Below are positions 20,152 to 30,452 of a stretch of 64,000 nt of DNA, piece by piece. The position numbers and the translations under genes were made by a program. This DNA is from Trypanosoma brucei (lineage: Eukaryota). The stretch lies in assembly GCA_000002445.1 (NCBI GenBank), contig CM000208.1, positions 3,744,001 to 3,808,000 on the forward strand. Reading direction: 5' to 3'. The notes beneath the pieces were generated by a model. It was not told the DNA's origin. It ran no database searches and saw only the letters and a list, made by a program, of their open reading frames with translations. Position 1 is the stretch's first letter. Every line of letters begins with the position of its first letter.

Positions 20152-21054
20152 GCAGGGGGTTGTGTCCTCCACTGTGTCTTATAACACTTGGGGCAATGTG
20201 GATCGACTGTGGTTTGTAGCGGTGTTGAGCTTTAACTAAGTCGTGGACGCGCCGCGTGCTGGCGGAAGCAGCGGGGGTACAGGCAAATGTTGTGGGTGGT
20301 TGTGGGGAGAGGCGGGGAGGAGAGGTGATGCAACACATTAGGAGGGAAAGAAAGAGGGAAAGAGACAATGGCAAGTGAATGTATGCGAAGGGATTAGCGA
20401 GTTTTGGTAAATAAGCTCGATTTGCACTGGGGGACTTCGATGTTTCACGCTTATGCCCGCTGACTAGTGGTAGAGTGCTCGACTGAAAGCTATCCTAGCT
20501 GTTTTTGTTTTTTTATTTACCCGTATCGCTGTAAGGTGTTGCCGACATTGCTAAAAGCAATGCATGGGGTGGTCAGTATAACGGCTGTCAACACCCTTGT
20601 AGCCTCCGCCTCCCCTCTTTTACCATTCCTTGCTTACTATATTTGACCTGTTGTCAAGACGCTACAGCCTATATCGTCGCGCAGTGGTCTCTGTTTCGTT
20701 GTTTTTTTTTTTGGTTGAGTCGATTCGTTTCCCATCCGGGGGACGCTGAGTAAAACTTTTTTTTTGCTTATTTGCGTAGGCGACCGTGAAATGGATGTAT
20801 CTCCGGCCCTGTTTGCAACAAATGAGCATGTGGAACCGTGCACGCATGAGTACACTTGTACGTATTTGCGGTTTCACTTCTTATGAATCTTTTGCACTTC
20901 CCTACTTGCTTGCTTAATTTTTCTACCGCATTTGTTTGCTGGCATTCTTCCGGCCCGGTCGCAACCAACGGTGGGCCATAATAATTTTCGCCCAAGCAAT
21001 AACAGCCGGGTGAGATCCGCAGATATATACACGCACACAAAACGACCTTAGTAG

Positions 21055-22821
21055 ATGTTTGTTACCTCGCAACTAACACATATGCGGAGGCTCTCGGTAT
21101 CGTTCCTACCGTTTCACCTGATCGTCACTACTCAGCGTCGCCAATTTGGTGGAAACTCGAAGGATGGGCACAAGGGGGAGGACAAACCGATAGAACGCGT
21201 AGGAGGAGTGCCACCCACAGGTCCCCATCCGTTTAACATCACTAGTGGAGCAGAAGGACAAATCTCCAACCAGCAGCGCAAGGCCCACGATGCCATAACT
21301 CAACTTTTCCGCGACGACGCGCAGCGAAAGGCACTATATCAGAAGCCTGGTAGGACCATTGGGGCCCAAACTACAACTGCCGCCATCTCGACGCCGCCGA
21401 ATGAAGATGAATTTGAGGGTCTGCAGCCCATTTCAGGTGATGCGGAGCCGTCGTCCATCACTGCAGTGGAGGCTGTGGAGCAAGAGTTGTTAGACGATGC
21501 TTTTTTGTATTTTCCACCCGCACAGCAGTCCGCGAGTGGCAGTGTCGCTACCACTGCTACTAACGAACTGTACGTACCGGGACAGCAAATCATTCCTCCC
21601 GGATTAACGCGCTACCGAGTGGATGTGCAATACCAGGGAAATGATTTTGATGGATGGTGGAAGAGCACGACACGCCAGCTTTTCAGACGTGAGGTCGGTT
21701 TAGATGGCTCAATCACGCGGGTGCCGGTGGCGGAGCCAGGAACCATCGGAAACGCTGCTGGGGTCTCTCGAGGGGAGACGATGGGTAGCAGATATCATGC
21801 GCGAACAGTGTTGGAGGAAGCACTTGCCGTGGCGCTCGATGTGAATACGGTCCGTGTTGTGGCCGGTGTCATACCTGAGGTTGGGGTGTCTGTGCGACGT
21901 CTCTGCTGTCACGTCGATGTACCCAGTCACATTGAGCTGCAGCCACGAACAGTGATTCAGCGGGCCACTATGTGGATGGAAAAACGCCAACAACCCCTAG
22001 CCATTTTGAGTTATCGTCGATGCAAGAACCAAGACTTTCACGCACGCCACAGTGGCTTGAGGCGTGTCTATGTTTACCGCATTCTGAATCGTGTCGCACC
22101 GCCCTTATTCGACGCTGGGCTCCAGTGGCATGTAGATCGCCACCTCGATGTGGACCGGATGAAGCGATTTGCTAAAACCCTTGAGGGCACAAAGGACTTC
22201 GGTTACTTTGCTGACCCCAAGATGGCAAATGCGCTGCGGCGGGCAGCCATGAGCCCTGGTGGTTTTTCTACAGGGGCAGTAACGGAAGAAAACTTCCAAC
22301 CAAAAGCTACAGGGGAATCGCACCGAGTGACGCGCGGCAAAGCGCCGAAGGTGACGATGGAAAAAGGCCCCAGTAACCTTGATCGAGCCGCAGCGCTTCC
22401 AACTTTTAACGAGTACGGCCAGCGAGTTGTGCAGCCAGGTGCTCATGGAAAAGAATATTACCGTGTTGCAACCAATCTACCGACGGTACGGACAGTCGAC
22501 AGGCTTGATGTGGTGCGGCAGGATGATGAGGTGCTTATTTGGTTTGTAGGCCGCTCTTTCCTCCGTCATCAAATTCGAAATATGGTAAGTGTGCTGAAGG
22601 CAGCTGGACACGGTCTGTGGAATGATCTGGAACTCCAGCAGGCCCTGCAAAGCGGCTTTGAGCCGTCACGGCATCGGTTCAAGCGGGAGCGCTTCCCAAC
22701 AGCACCGGCGTATGGCTTGACATTGTGGGATGTGGAGTACCCGGATCAGCACCGAGACGATTACGTGCAATTTGTCGATTCTGGACCATATGAACAAGTG
22801 AACATCGCCCGTGACATATAA
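21055..22821 (+). CDS. TruA-family tRNA pseudouridine synthase (PUS1-like) with a roughly 180-aa N-terminal extension
   Basis: Four TruA motifs are present. RYRVDVQYQGNDFDGWWKST corresponds to [27 protein letters not shown] corresponds to RRYRYII. FVGRSFLRHQIRNMVSVLKAAG corresponds to AFVHHMVRNIVGSLMEVG. YGLTLWDVEYPD corresponds to EGLYLVAVDYPD. Confidence 0.75.
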   Translation: MFVTSQLTHMRRLSVSFLPFHLIVTTQRRQFGGNSKDGHKGEDKPIERVGGVPPTGPHPFNITSGAEGQISNQQRKAHDAITQLFRDDAQRKALYQKPGRTIGAQTTTAAISTPPNEDEFEGLQPISGDAEPSSITAVEAVEQELLDDAFLYFPPAQQSASGSVATTATNELYVPGQQIIPPGLTRYRVDVQYQGNDFDGWWKSTTRQLFRREVGLDGSITRVPVAEPGTIGNAAGVSRGETMGSRYHARTVLEEALAVALDVNTVRVVAGVIPEVGVSVRRLCCHVDVPSHIELQPRTVIQRATMWMEKRQQPLAILSYRRCKNQDFHARHSGLRRVYVYRILNRVAPPLFDAGLQWHVDRHLDVDRMKRFAKTLEGTKDFGYFADPKMANALRRAAMSPGGFSTGAVTEENFQPKATGESHRVTRGKAPKVTMEKGPSNLDRAAALPTFNEYGQRVVQPGAHGKEYYRVATNLPTVRTVDRLDVVRQDDEVLIWFVGRSFLRHQIRNMVSVLKAAGHGLWNDLELQQALQSGFEPSRHRFKRERFPTAPAYGLTLWDVEYPDQHRDDYVQFVDSGPYEQVNIARDI

Positions 22822-23700
22822 TGAGCGTAGCCGCGGATGGCAAAAACCTATGGTAAGTAACAAATTGCATGGGAGGAAGGGCCAAAAGTACATCGCGTGC
22901 CTTTCGCTGTGACATTGCTCGTGGAATGAGAAGTGAGAGGACTCTCTCAGCTAACGAGGCTCATCAATACCGCGCGGTATGTGGGACTATGAATGTTTCA
23001 TTCTACGTCGCTTTTTATCGATCCACTAATATGGACGCTGTTTCAATTCCTGCCGGTGGTCCGCATACTTTCTCTTAAGTTAACGCTGTGAGTGAGGCGA
23101 TCGCTTTTCTCCCATACACACATAAGGTTTCTGCCTTATTCGGCTTTGACTGAGCTGGATGGAGTCTGATCTCAAATACGATTAATTGCTCTTTTTTTTT
23201 TATTCTCTGACTTTTTTGGGGGTTGATTAGTGCATAAAAGCGCGGAGGAAAGGAGAGAATTAGTTGACAAGGCAGGGTACTAGTAACTAGGGAAAAAGTC
23301 AAGAAATAACAAAGAAGGGGAAAGAATTATTTTAATCTGTATTTCACATTTAGGGGACGTGGCTGCACCTGCGTACGTTCTCGTGACTCGATCACCTGCA
23401 GGGATTCACTCCCTTTTATTTTATCCTGTCCTTTGAAATTTGCTGGTACCCGTTGCCCTTGGCACGGTATAGAAACGATAAGGGTATTGGTTTAAGGTAG
23501 GCCACGTGAGGAATAACAAAGACGTTCAAAAGAACATTTTGAGGGATCAGAGACTATTGCGTTTCCCTCACGAACATATAAAATAAGTGTACCGAGCAAC
23601 GGAGGTGCCATCAAGTTTACGCCCCCCCCCCCTTCCGCTTGCACTTTTAGGTGTCCGGGACGGTAAAAACAGAAAGGGAGGACGAGAGCGGTGTTAGCAC

Positions 23701-23745
23701 ACTCCTCCACTCTTTTTTTTTCTCTGTTGCGCTGTCGCTGGTTTC
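23701..23745 (+). promoter_or_regulatory. Polypyrimidine tract, candidate splice-acceptor region for the 23769 gene
   Basis: actcctccactctttttttttctctgttgcgctgtcgctggtttcc. Its position argues against the ORF-track start at 23691. Confidence 0.45.
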
Positions 23746-23768
23746 CACCGCCCATCACTTCTCCTGGG

Positions 23769-26108
23769 ATGATTCGTTACACTCAATACCTTATCACGAG
23801 GCATACACCGGCCTTGTTGAAGAAAGCTGTGGCTCCAAATGTTAACGTTTCTGCCACGTTGCAAAAATCATTTCGCACGTACCGAATCGCCGCCGTGTTG
23901 CGTAAACCTCTTCCTCCTAAGGTCAACCTCATCATGATTGACAACACCGTTAAAGGGAAGAGTGTGGATCTGCTATCTATCGTAAAATTAGTGACTGGGT
24001 ATGGAAAGAAGGTTATGGACAAACATAACGACATGGGACGTTTACACCCCCTCATTTTGATTGTGAAAACAACTCTGGATAGGGACAATGCCAGCGTTGA
24101 CCAATTTGTGCTGAATATGGTCCTGACGAAGCGTAAGTACCTTAAGGACATGATTACGATTGTTCTCGACGCCAAAACCACAGCAGCTGCTGCACATGCA
24201 CTTCGTACTGACAGGGGAATCACGTTAGTACTGAAAAAAAACGACCCGGCAACAACTGAGAAGGATCAGGTTAATGAGGCTGATGAGAAAGCGGAGAGAG
24301 GCACCACTATAGAGCAGGCGGAAAAGAAGAAACGGGGTAAAACGAAGAAAAGGAAAGGTGTGCTTCTTCAAGCGCCAGCTGCGGTGCCGAGTGTGACAGA
24401 AAGCAGTTCGCTTATTAGCCGACGAAAGAAGTTAACAAAAGGCAAGCTCAAAAAGCGCGCTCATTCGCCAGGGAAAGTATCCAAGGTTGAAGCTGAATCG
24501 AGGAAGAAAAACGAAACCATGATAGTACAAACAAAAGCAGACCGGCGGGCTCTGATATGGGGGAAGGGAAGCGCGACCGATTCGCCAGAGACCGCTGCAG
24601 GTGTAGGCAACGCAGAAGGGAAAAAGAATCCTCCTGCTCCGAAGATGGCTTCTGCACTTGCACACATTGATGCGCAAGAGGCTTTGGGCAAACCATTCTG
24701 TCCTACGGTTGGTGGTGTTTTTCAACCGTCGCAGCAAGTTGAACGGGAGCTTTTCTCCGGTTATGTGAATGTTGTGTGTCTGGCTGATATGCTGAACCTC
24801 CCTGTCTACAAGGGTGGCGAAATGTTCACACTTTACTACCGTTTGACGGGCGCAGGAGCCTACCGCACTCCTCTGATAACAATCAGTAAAATATTGGAGG
24901 AAGCCTGTCAAAAGCATGGTGGAGGACCGTCTCCACACTCAAGCGCGGTTCCTACGAGTCAGGTGCCCCTGTTGCTACTTCTTGGTGCACCGTTCCTTTT
25001 TGGAGAAGATGCTCGTCTCCTCTGTGAGGAATACCAGAAATCTTTACGTAGTCAGATTCCCGCCATATCAGAAATTACGATAATCGTGGCACCAGCTTGC
25101 TACACAGAGAAGAATATTCTCTTTGCCCTTAATACCGCGCAAGAGGGGCGCAAAAGCAGTTGCGAGGCTTCAAGGAACGAACCACACCAAAAGCAGCATA
25201 GACATGACGAGCCCCCTAGTGCCTTGGCCAACCTGTCGTCTGGTGAGGGGACGAATTCGTCCTTATCTGAGAATGTTTTACGAGACATCGTATCAACAGC
25301 CGTGGAAGAGGTCACACAACGCCATGAAAAGTCTACACGGGATCTCTCAGGAGCGGTGAAGCAGCTTATAGAGTGCTTGCCACGAGACCGTCTTGTAAAT
25401 TTAATAGATAATCTTGAGGAGGAGAGACTTGCGCTTCTTGAAACTACCAAGGGGCTAGGTGAAATTCGGCAGCGGGTGCGCGGCACGCAGGAAACTTTGG
25501 ACACGATGCACAAAGAAGTTGTTGGCATGGCGAGCAAGGCAAATGCTCCAAACGTCTCAGGTAACATCGGTTCAGCAGCTGACGTCATCGAACTCTGCAA
25601 GGCTGTTGAAACACTGAAGGGCCGAATAGCAGACTGTGCTAATCCCGTGCCAATAAAGCAACAGCTAAGCTTTGAGATACGTGAAACATTAGGAGACTTG
25701 AAGAGGAATCTTCAGGACACATTCAACCAATCGCTCCAAGTGGGTTTCAAGAATATACAGGACCAGCAGCAGAGTCAGTTAACAGTCGCTCTTAGGGAAT
25801 ATGCCTCGGAGAGCGCAAGGGAGCGCGCCCTCACAGAGCAGACTCTTCGTGACCTCCCAAAAAACCTTCAGAGTGCAATGGAGAAGGCGCTCTCCACGCT
25901 GACGGATCGTAATGATAGAAAAACTGCGGAAGTGTTCGTTGAACAGCAGAAGTTAGTAGACACCAAAGTCTCCGCCATGTGCGATGCACTAGGCAGAACA
26001 GTTGAAAAGGGTCACGACCGCTTGCGAGATACTCTCACAGACTTGCTGCAGAGAAATCCCAACGCCAGCAGTGGGACCTCCCCTACAACCGACACACAGC
26101 ATAACTGA
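23769..26108 (+). CDS. Hypothetical protein with a basic NLS-like patch (KKKRGKTKKRKG) and a long C-terminal coiled-coil region. The ORF track starts at 23691, but the first 26 codons translate the polypyrimidine tract
   Basis: 2.4-kb ORF. I prefer the Met at 23769 because 23701-23745 is a C/T-rich tract typical of a trans-splice acceptor region. Confidence 0.5.
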   Translation: MIRYTQYLITRHTPALLKKAVAPNVNVSATLQKSFRTYRIAAVLRKPLPPKVNLIMIDNTVKGKSVDLLSIVKLVTGYGKKVMDKHNDMGRLHPLILIVKTTLDRDNASVDQFVLNMVLTKRKYLKDMITIVLDAKTTAAAAHALRTDRGITLVLKKNDPATTEKDQVNEADEKAERGTTIEQAEKKKRGKTKKRKGVLLQAPAAVPSVTESSSLISRRKKLTKGKLKKRAHSPGKVSKVEAESRKKNETMIVQTKADRRALIWGKGSATDSPETAAGVGNAEGKKNPPAPKMASALAHIDAQEALGKPFCPTVGGVFQPSQQVERELFSGYVNVVCLADMLNLPVYKGGEMFTLYYRLTGAGAYRTPLITISKILEEACQKHGGGPSPHSSAVPTSQVPLLLLLGAPFLFGEDARLLCEEYQKSLRSQIPAISEITIIVAPACYTEKNILFALNTAQEGRKSSCEASRNEPHQKQHRHDEPPSALANLSSGEGTNSSLSENVLRDIVSTAVEEVTQRHEKSTRDLSGAVKQLIECLPRDRLVNLIDNLEEERLALLETTKGLGEIRQRVRGTQETLDTMHKEVVGMASKANAPNVSGNIGSAADVIELCKAVETLKGRIADCANPVPIKQQLSFEIRETLGDLKRNLQDTFNQSLQVGFKNIQDQQQSQLTVALREYASESARERALTEQTLRDLPKNLQSAMEKALSTLTDRNDRKTAEVFVEQQKLVDTKVSAMCDALGRTVEKGHDRLRDTLTDLLQRNPNASSGTSPTTDTQHN

Positions 26109-27469
26109 ATAGACATACAGCATAGAGTTTAAACGGAAACAAATAATAACATATAATAAAAGTGCGAGTACATAGCGAGGGCATGCTCGAAGGAATACAT
26201 GGACTCAGCTGGACACGTTTTCATATATGGAAGCTGTTCATGGCAGTTAGGTGCATGAATCTTACTTCCCTGCATCTGCTATGTATCCATGTGCGTGTGG
26301 GTACGCGTCTTGAAGGCTTGAGTGTTTATGGCGCTCCATAGGTCGGGCTGAACTTTTGTGGACCGAGCAACTCCCTTGCACAACATGTGTTCATCAAGAG
26401 AAAGCCGTCATCCTGTGTGTGTCCCGTGCACTCCCATGGAGTACGCAATTGCTTCGGAGAAATGAATGAACGTCCTCGAGATGGGGCCAATACGACCTGT
26501 TTTTCGTTTACCACGGGTTTCACGTTGGTCTCGTCTGTGCAGCTCGCTCGTTGGTTTGGGGGATTGAGTGGTTCGCGCATCCCGCTCTTGTTCTATTTTG
26601 AGTTTTCCTCCTTTTTTTTTCTGTTCTGCCCTGCTTTCTTCACCTAAGGGAGGAAAAGGGGAGAAGGGACGACGATAGACTTTACTCATAATTGGAGAAA
26701 CTTCTCCGTTTATTTCCTATCTGATTTTTCCAACGTGACATATTTCTTATTTTTGTAAAGTTCATTCCTTTCCCTGTGGGGTGGGGAGGGCAAAGGATAG
26801 AGAGGTTCAAATGAATGGAATCATATGGACTGGTTGGAAGTTAGAGCTACTAAAGTTTCTGGACGGGTTTGTAGTTATTTGCGCTCTGTTTCGTCGGCCG
26901 TCTTCTTTTACAAGTCTCTGATGTTCCGTCCGCGCCAGCATAGCTCGTAATTAGGCGCTGATTGCTCGTGGTGACCTAATTTCCCCTTGTCTTGTCCCTC
27001 ACATATACACAAATGTCAAGAAATGTTTCCTCTTATGCGCCGTGAGGTTCACTTCAGTACGTCTCCCTTGTGACTTACTTGTTCTTATTTTCGTATTAGT
27101 ATAGGGTGGTTTCTCTTTCCTTATCCCTCTGACCCTTTCCCGCTATTCACTACGTGGCGGGGGAATCAAAGCGTATTGTTAGCGGAGGGAACGTTTCTGT
27201 GGGGTTATAATCCCGGAGCCCAAGCTGGCCCTGGAAGTGCAACGCGTGGAGGTGGATAAAGATGGGGAGGAAACGTTAGGGGAAAAATTGGTCAAAGTAG
27301 TGCACACGTTGCCTGCTAAAATGTCTGGCAGCGTGTTGAGGACTCATTCTCCCTTCTATATCTACTCTATCCTCTCATTTCACCCCTTTCCAACGTCCCT
27401 TCGCTAGTATTTCTGTCACCATCCTCACGTAAGGAGAGGAAAGAGCTTTTCCACCATTAGCCCCCACTA

Positions 27470-29563
27470 GTGAAGACGGCCACTCAAACTCTGAGTTTAT
27501 CGGTGACAATGTTCTCACAGCTACGAGTTCACCTCGTCGTCCACAAGGGCAGCGGTGGAGGCAAAGGCGGCAAAATGATGAGGCGTGTAGAAAAGGCGTT
27601 ACGAAGAAATTTCAGTGCCATCACCATTCGGGAGCTAACAGGCAGTGAGGCTCTGGCGGAACATATGGATCCTACCGGGCATGCAGTTGGAAGCGGAACA
27701 GAAGTGATGCAAGACACAAACCCAACTGCAGGCAGGGATCGCACAACCGATGGAGTCGTAGCAAATGAAGGCGTTGAAGGTGAGTTGATTCCTTGTTTGG
27801 CCCTGTGTGTGGATATCATCACCACAGAGGGTGCATTACGTGTAAGGGAGGTCGTAGAGGAACTCGCGTGTCGGGTGGTGAGCGGCATTCTCCGAAATGC
27901 ACTTGGGTCGGGCAATGGGACAAATATGGCGATAGATCCAGTGACAAATGAAGTGAAGAGTGTTTGGACGAAAGTTTTTAATGTGTTTGCCGTCATTGGT
28001 GGAGATGGCTCGTTAGGTGAGGCCGTTAATGGGCTCTGCTTCGGAACTCTCAAAGCCTATCGTAGTGGATTTTGTACTGCACTCGACACTGCAGCTTGCA
28101 GTCGTCCAGATTCCATGCACTACTACCGTGGGATGCTTGAGGACCGGGCAATACTGCGTCACTTTCTACCACCCGTAATGTATGTACCCGCAGGAACAGG
28201 CTCGGACTTCGCTAGAACCAGGTTGTGCTGTCTCAATGCCGAAGAGTTCGTAACCGTTCTAAGAGACATGCACGAATACCTTGCATTTACCAGTGATGGG
28301 GAAGGGTCGCAGCGTACTATAAAATACAGCACTTGTTTGCCCATTGGTAGCCCCTCGAGCGCCTCAACAAGCGGATCCATTGATTGCTCTGTGGGCCCAG
28401 ATTGCGCTAGCGGCGGCAGCACCGAAGCCTGCGGTAAGGGTCCCAAATCGCTGTCGCGTAGATTTGCGGTGTACGACGTGGACGTCTCTCGAATCACATT
28501 CCCTCGGAGTGGGCGCACGCGCTTTTTTATCAATGAGTGCTCGTGTGGTATGTCATGTGACGTGATCTCACGTTGCGAAAAATACAAACAGTCATGTACA
28601 GCTTCATTCGTTGCGGGCCCGGTACTGTTTGCAGCAGCATCTGTGGCTTCTGTTATGCGGATGAAGCCCAGATCCTTCCGGGTTTTCCCCCTTCCTGATT
28701 TCCCCACGCCGCCGCCCTCTATGGGTCACCAGCACAAAGTGCCTGTCGTTGGTGTGCTGCATCCGCGTCATCTCTCCATGGGGGTAGCGGTCTCCGGGAT
28801 GTGCGAGGAAATGTCGTGGTTACAACGCTGTGAAGAAGTTGGTGCTTTATCCCCCAGTACGGAACCGTTACGTGTAGACGCCAACTATTACATTTACAAA
28901 TATGATAGGGAAGGGGGATACCCGTCGACGCCTGATTTATCCGGCGGCGCTGTTGGAGCGCAGTCAACCGACATAGGTAGTGAAAAAGAAACCGTTATCA
29001 ATCCATTCTACACTGATTGGAGGTGCGAAAGTGCGTCTAACACGAAGGAACTTCTTTCCATCTTAGATAGAAACGGTGTGTATGATCGGTGGACATGTTT
29101 CTCCTCTTCCACACTCGTATTTGGTAACGGGCGCTGGTTCGGTGGTGGGCTGCAAGTCGCCCCACACGCCAATCCAACGGACGGCCTGTTGAGTGTGACG
29201 AATTGGGTAGCAAGTCCCTGCCAGTTCGTCATGGGTGCACCGTCTTTGTACAATGGCAACCATAAACGTTGGCGCAGCACGACAATTTGGAACACAAGTA
29301 GGTGCATCATGGATGTTGATACTATCTCCACACAAGAGCCGAAATTTCCCGATTCCTCTCCGCCGAACCCCGTGGGTACTGATGTTAAGTGTAATGGGGA
29401 GCAGGTTGAGGGCACGGAAGAGATACTAAACGGCGGTGGGGGGGCGCCAGACAAAATAATGATGTGGTGTGAAGCCGATGGTGAGTTGTGCGAACCCATC
29501 CCTGCCATCGTGGAGGTGACCACCACTGTTTCGATGATATTACCACTACGGACAGTGTTTTAA
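27470..29563 (+). CDS. Lipid kinase of the DAGK-catalytic-domain family (sphingosine kinase / ceramide kinase / diacylglycerol kinase-like)
   Basis: Motifs VHLVVHKGSGGGKG (N-terminal Gly-rich motif), FAVIGGDGSLGEAVNGL (GGDG), PAGTGSDFART and GGGLQVAPHANPTDGLL (C-terminal DGLL-type motif). Confidence 0.7.
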   Translation: MKTATQTLSLSVTMFSQLRVHLVVHKGSGGGKGGKMMRRVEKALRRNFSAITIRELTGSEALAEHMDPTGHAVGSGTEVMQDTNPTAGRDRTTDGVVANEGVEGELIPCLALCVDIITTEGALRVREVVEELACRVVSGILRNALGSGNGTNMAIDPVTNEVKSVWTKVFNVFAVIGGDGSLGEAVNGLCFGTLKAYRSGFCTALDTAACSRPDSMHYYRGMLEDRAILRHFLPPVMYVPAGTGSDFARTRLCCLNAEEFVTVLRDMHEYLAFTSDGEGSQRTIKYSTCLPIGSPSSASTSGSIDCSVGPDCASGGSTEACGKGPKSLSRRFAVYDVDVSRITFPRSGRTRFFINECSCGMSCDVISRCEKYKQSCTASFVAGPVLFAAASVASVMRMKPRSFRVFPLPDFPTPPPSMGHQHKVPVVGVLHPRHLSMGVAVSGMCEEMSWLQRCEEVGALSPSTEPLRVDANYYIYKYDREGGYPSTPDLSGGAVGAQSTDIGSEKETVINPFYTDWRCESASNTKELLSILDRNGVYDRWTCFSSSTLVFGNGRWFGGGLQVAPHANPTDGLLSVTNWVASPCQFVMGAPSLYNGNHKRWRSTTIWNTSRCIMDVDTISTQEPKFPDSSPPNPVGTDVKCNGEQVEGTEEILNGGGGAPDKIMMWCEADGELCEPIPAIVEVTTTVSMILPLRTVF

Positions 29564-30065
29564 ACAGTAAGAGACGTGGGCGGGGACGGCCCACGTTGAA
29601 ATCTTGGAAGAGGGTGAACTTGCTTTCCGCATCTCTTTAGTTATTTCATTGTCTAGCAGTGTTTTCTCTGCTCAATGTTTTTGTCTTTTTTTTTATTTTG
29701 GAGGGTAAGATGGGGGGAAAGGGATGCAAAAAAAAACAACAAAAAAAAGTGGATCACACAGGAGGGAGCATGCTGAGCGAGCGGTGCCCCATGGGAATTA
29801 CAGATAGCTAGGATGCCTTTTTCTTGTGCATGTGTTTTAAAACCCGGAGGCCACCACTTTCCCCTCTGTATATCCATCAAATCGTTGGTTTGCTTGTCGT
29901 GTTCACCGCTGACACTTCACGGTATCTGCTTGCGTATCTTCTCTCTTAATAACTAGCATCGTGTTTTAACCTTATATTCACTCTGGGTTATAGGTGGTGT
30001 TTTTGGAGGGCTCCAATAATTAAAAACAGTCAAAGAGGAATGTAACAGCGCTTGGAAGGCGACGC

Positions 30066-30178
30066 AAGCTCCTCATGTTTTTCTTCTTCCCCAAACTTTT
30101 CTGTGCCACTCTTCTTTCCGCTTGTTCCTATTACTCTTTTTTTCTTATTTCGCTGTCACCTGTTTTCCTTCTCCTGTG
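30066..30178 (+). promoter_or_regulatory. Extended polypyrimidine region upstream of the 2402-aa gene
   Basis: More than 100 nt that are over 85% C+T, lying 275-390 nt upstream of the ATG at 30453. Confidence 0.45.
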
Positions 30179-30452
30179 CGTGGGCACCCAGAGAGTACGT
30201 TCCGTCGAACGGTTCATCTCGATAATCTGGTAGGACCTCCGCTCGGAACGTGAGGTCGCTGGGCACAATTTAGGCCCCTTTTTAGATTTAGTACCGAGAA
30301 AGAGAGTGGACGGTACGCAGTGTAAATTTAGATTCTCACATATTTAGGAGCTGCTACGCACGAGCCCAAATCCACTACAAGAGATTTGAGCAGGGAGAGG
30401 GAAGGAACATTGGAAAGCTGAAGTCGCTACATATAAGGGAGCAAGGAATAAG

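Noticed and set aside
20450-20500. tRNA-like D-arm and anticodon-arm fragment (ctagtggtagagtgctcgactgaaagc)
   Set aside because: It resembles the AGTGGTAGAGYGC D-loop and a CTGAAGA-type anticodon loop. However there is no acceptor stem pairing, no T-arm (GTTCRANYC) and no complete cloverleaf. At most it is a decayed tRNA remnant, and more likely chance.
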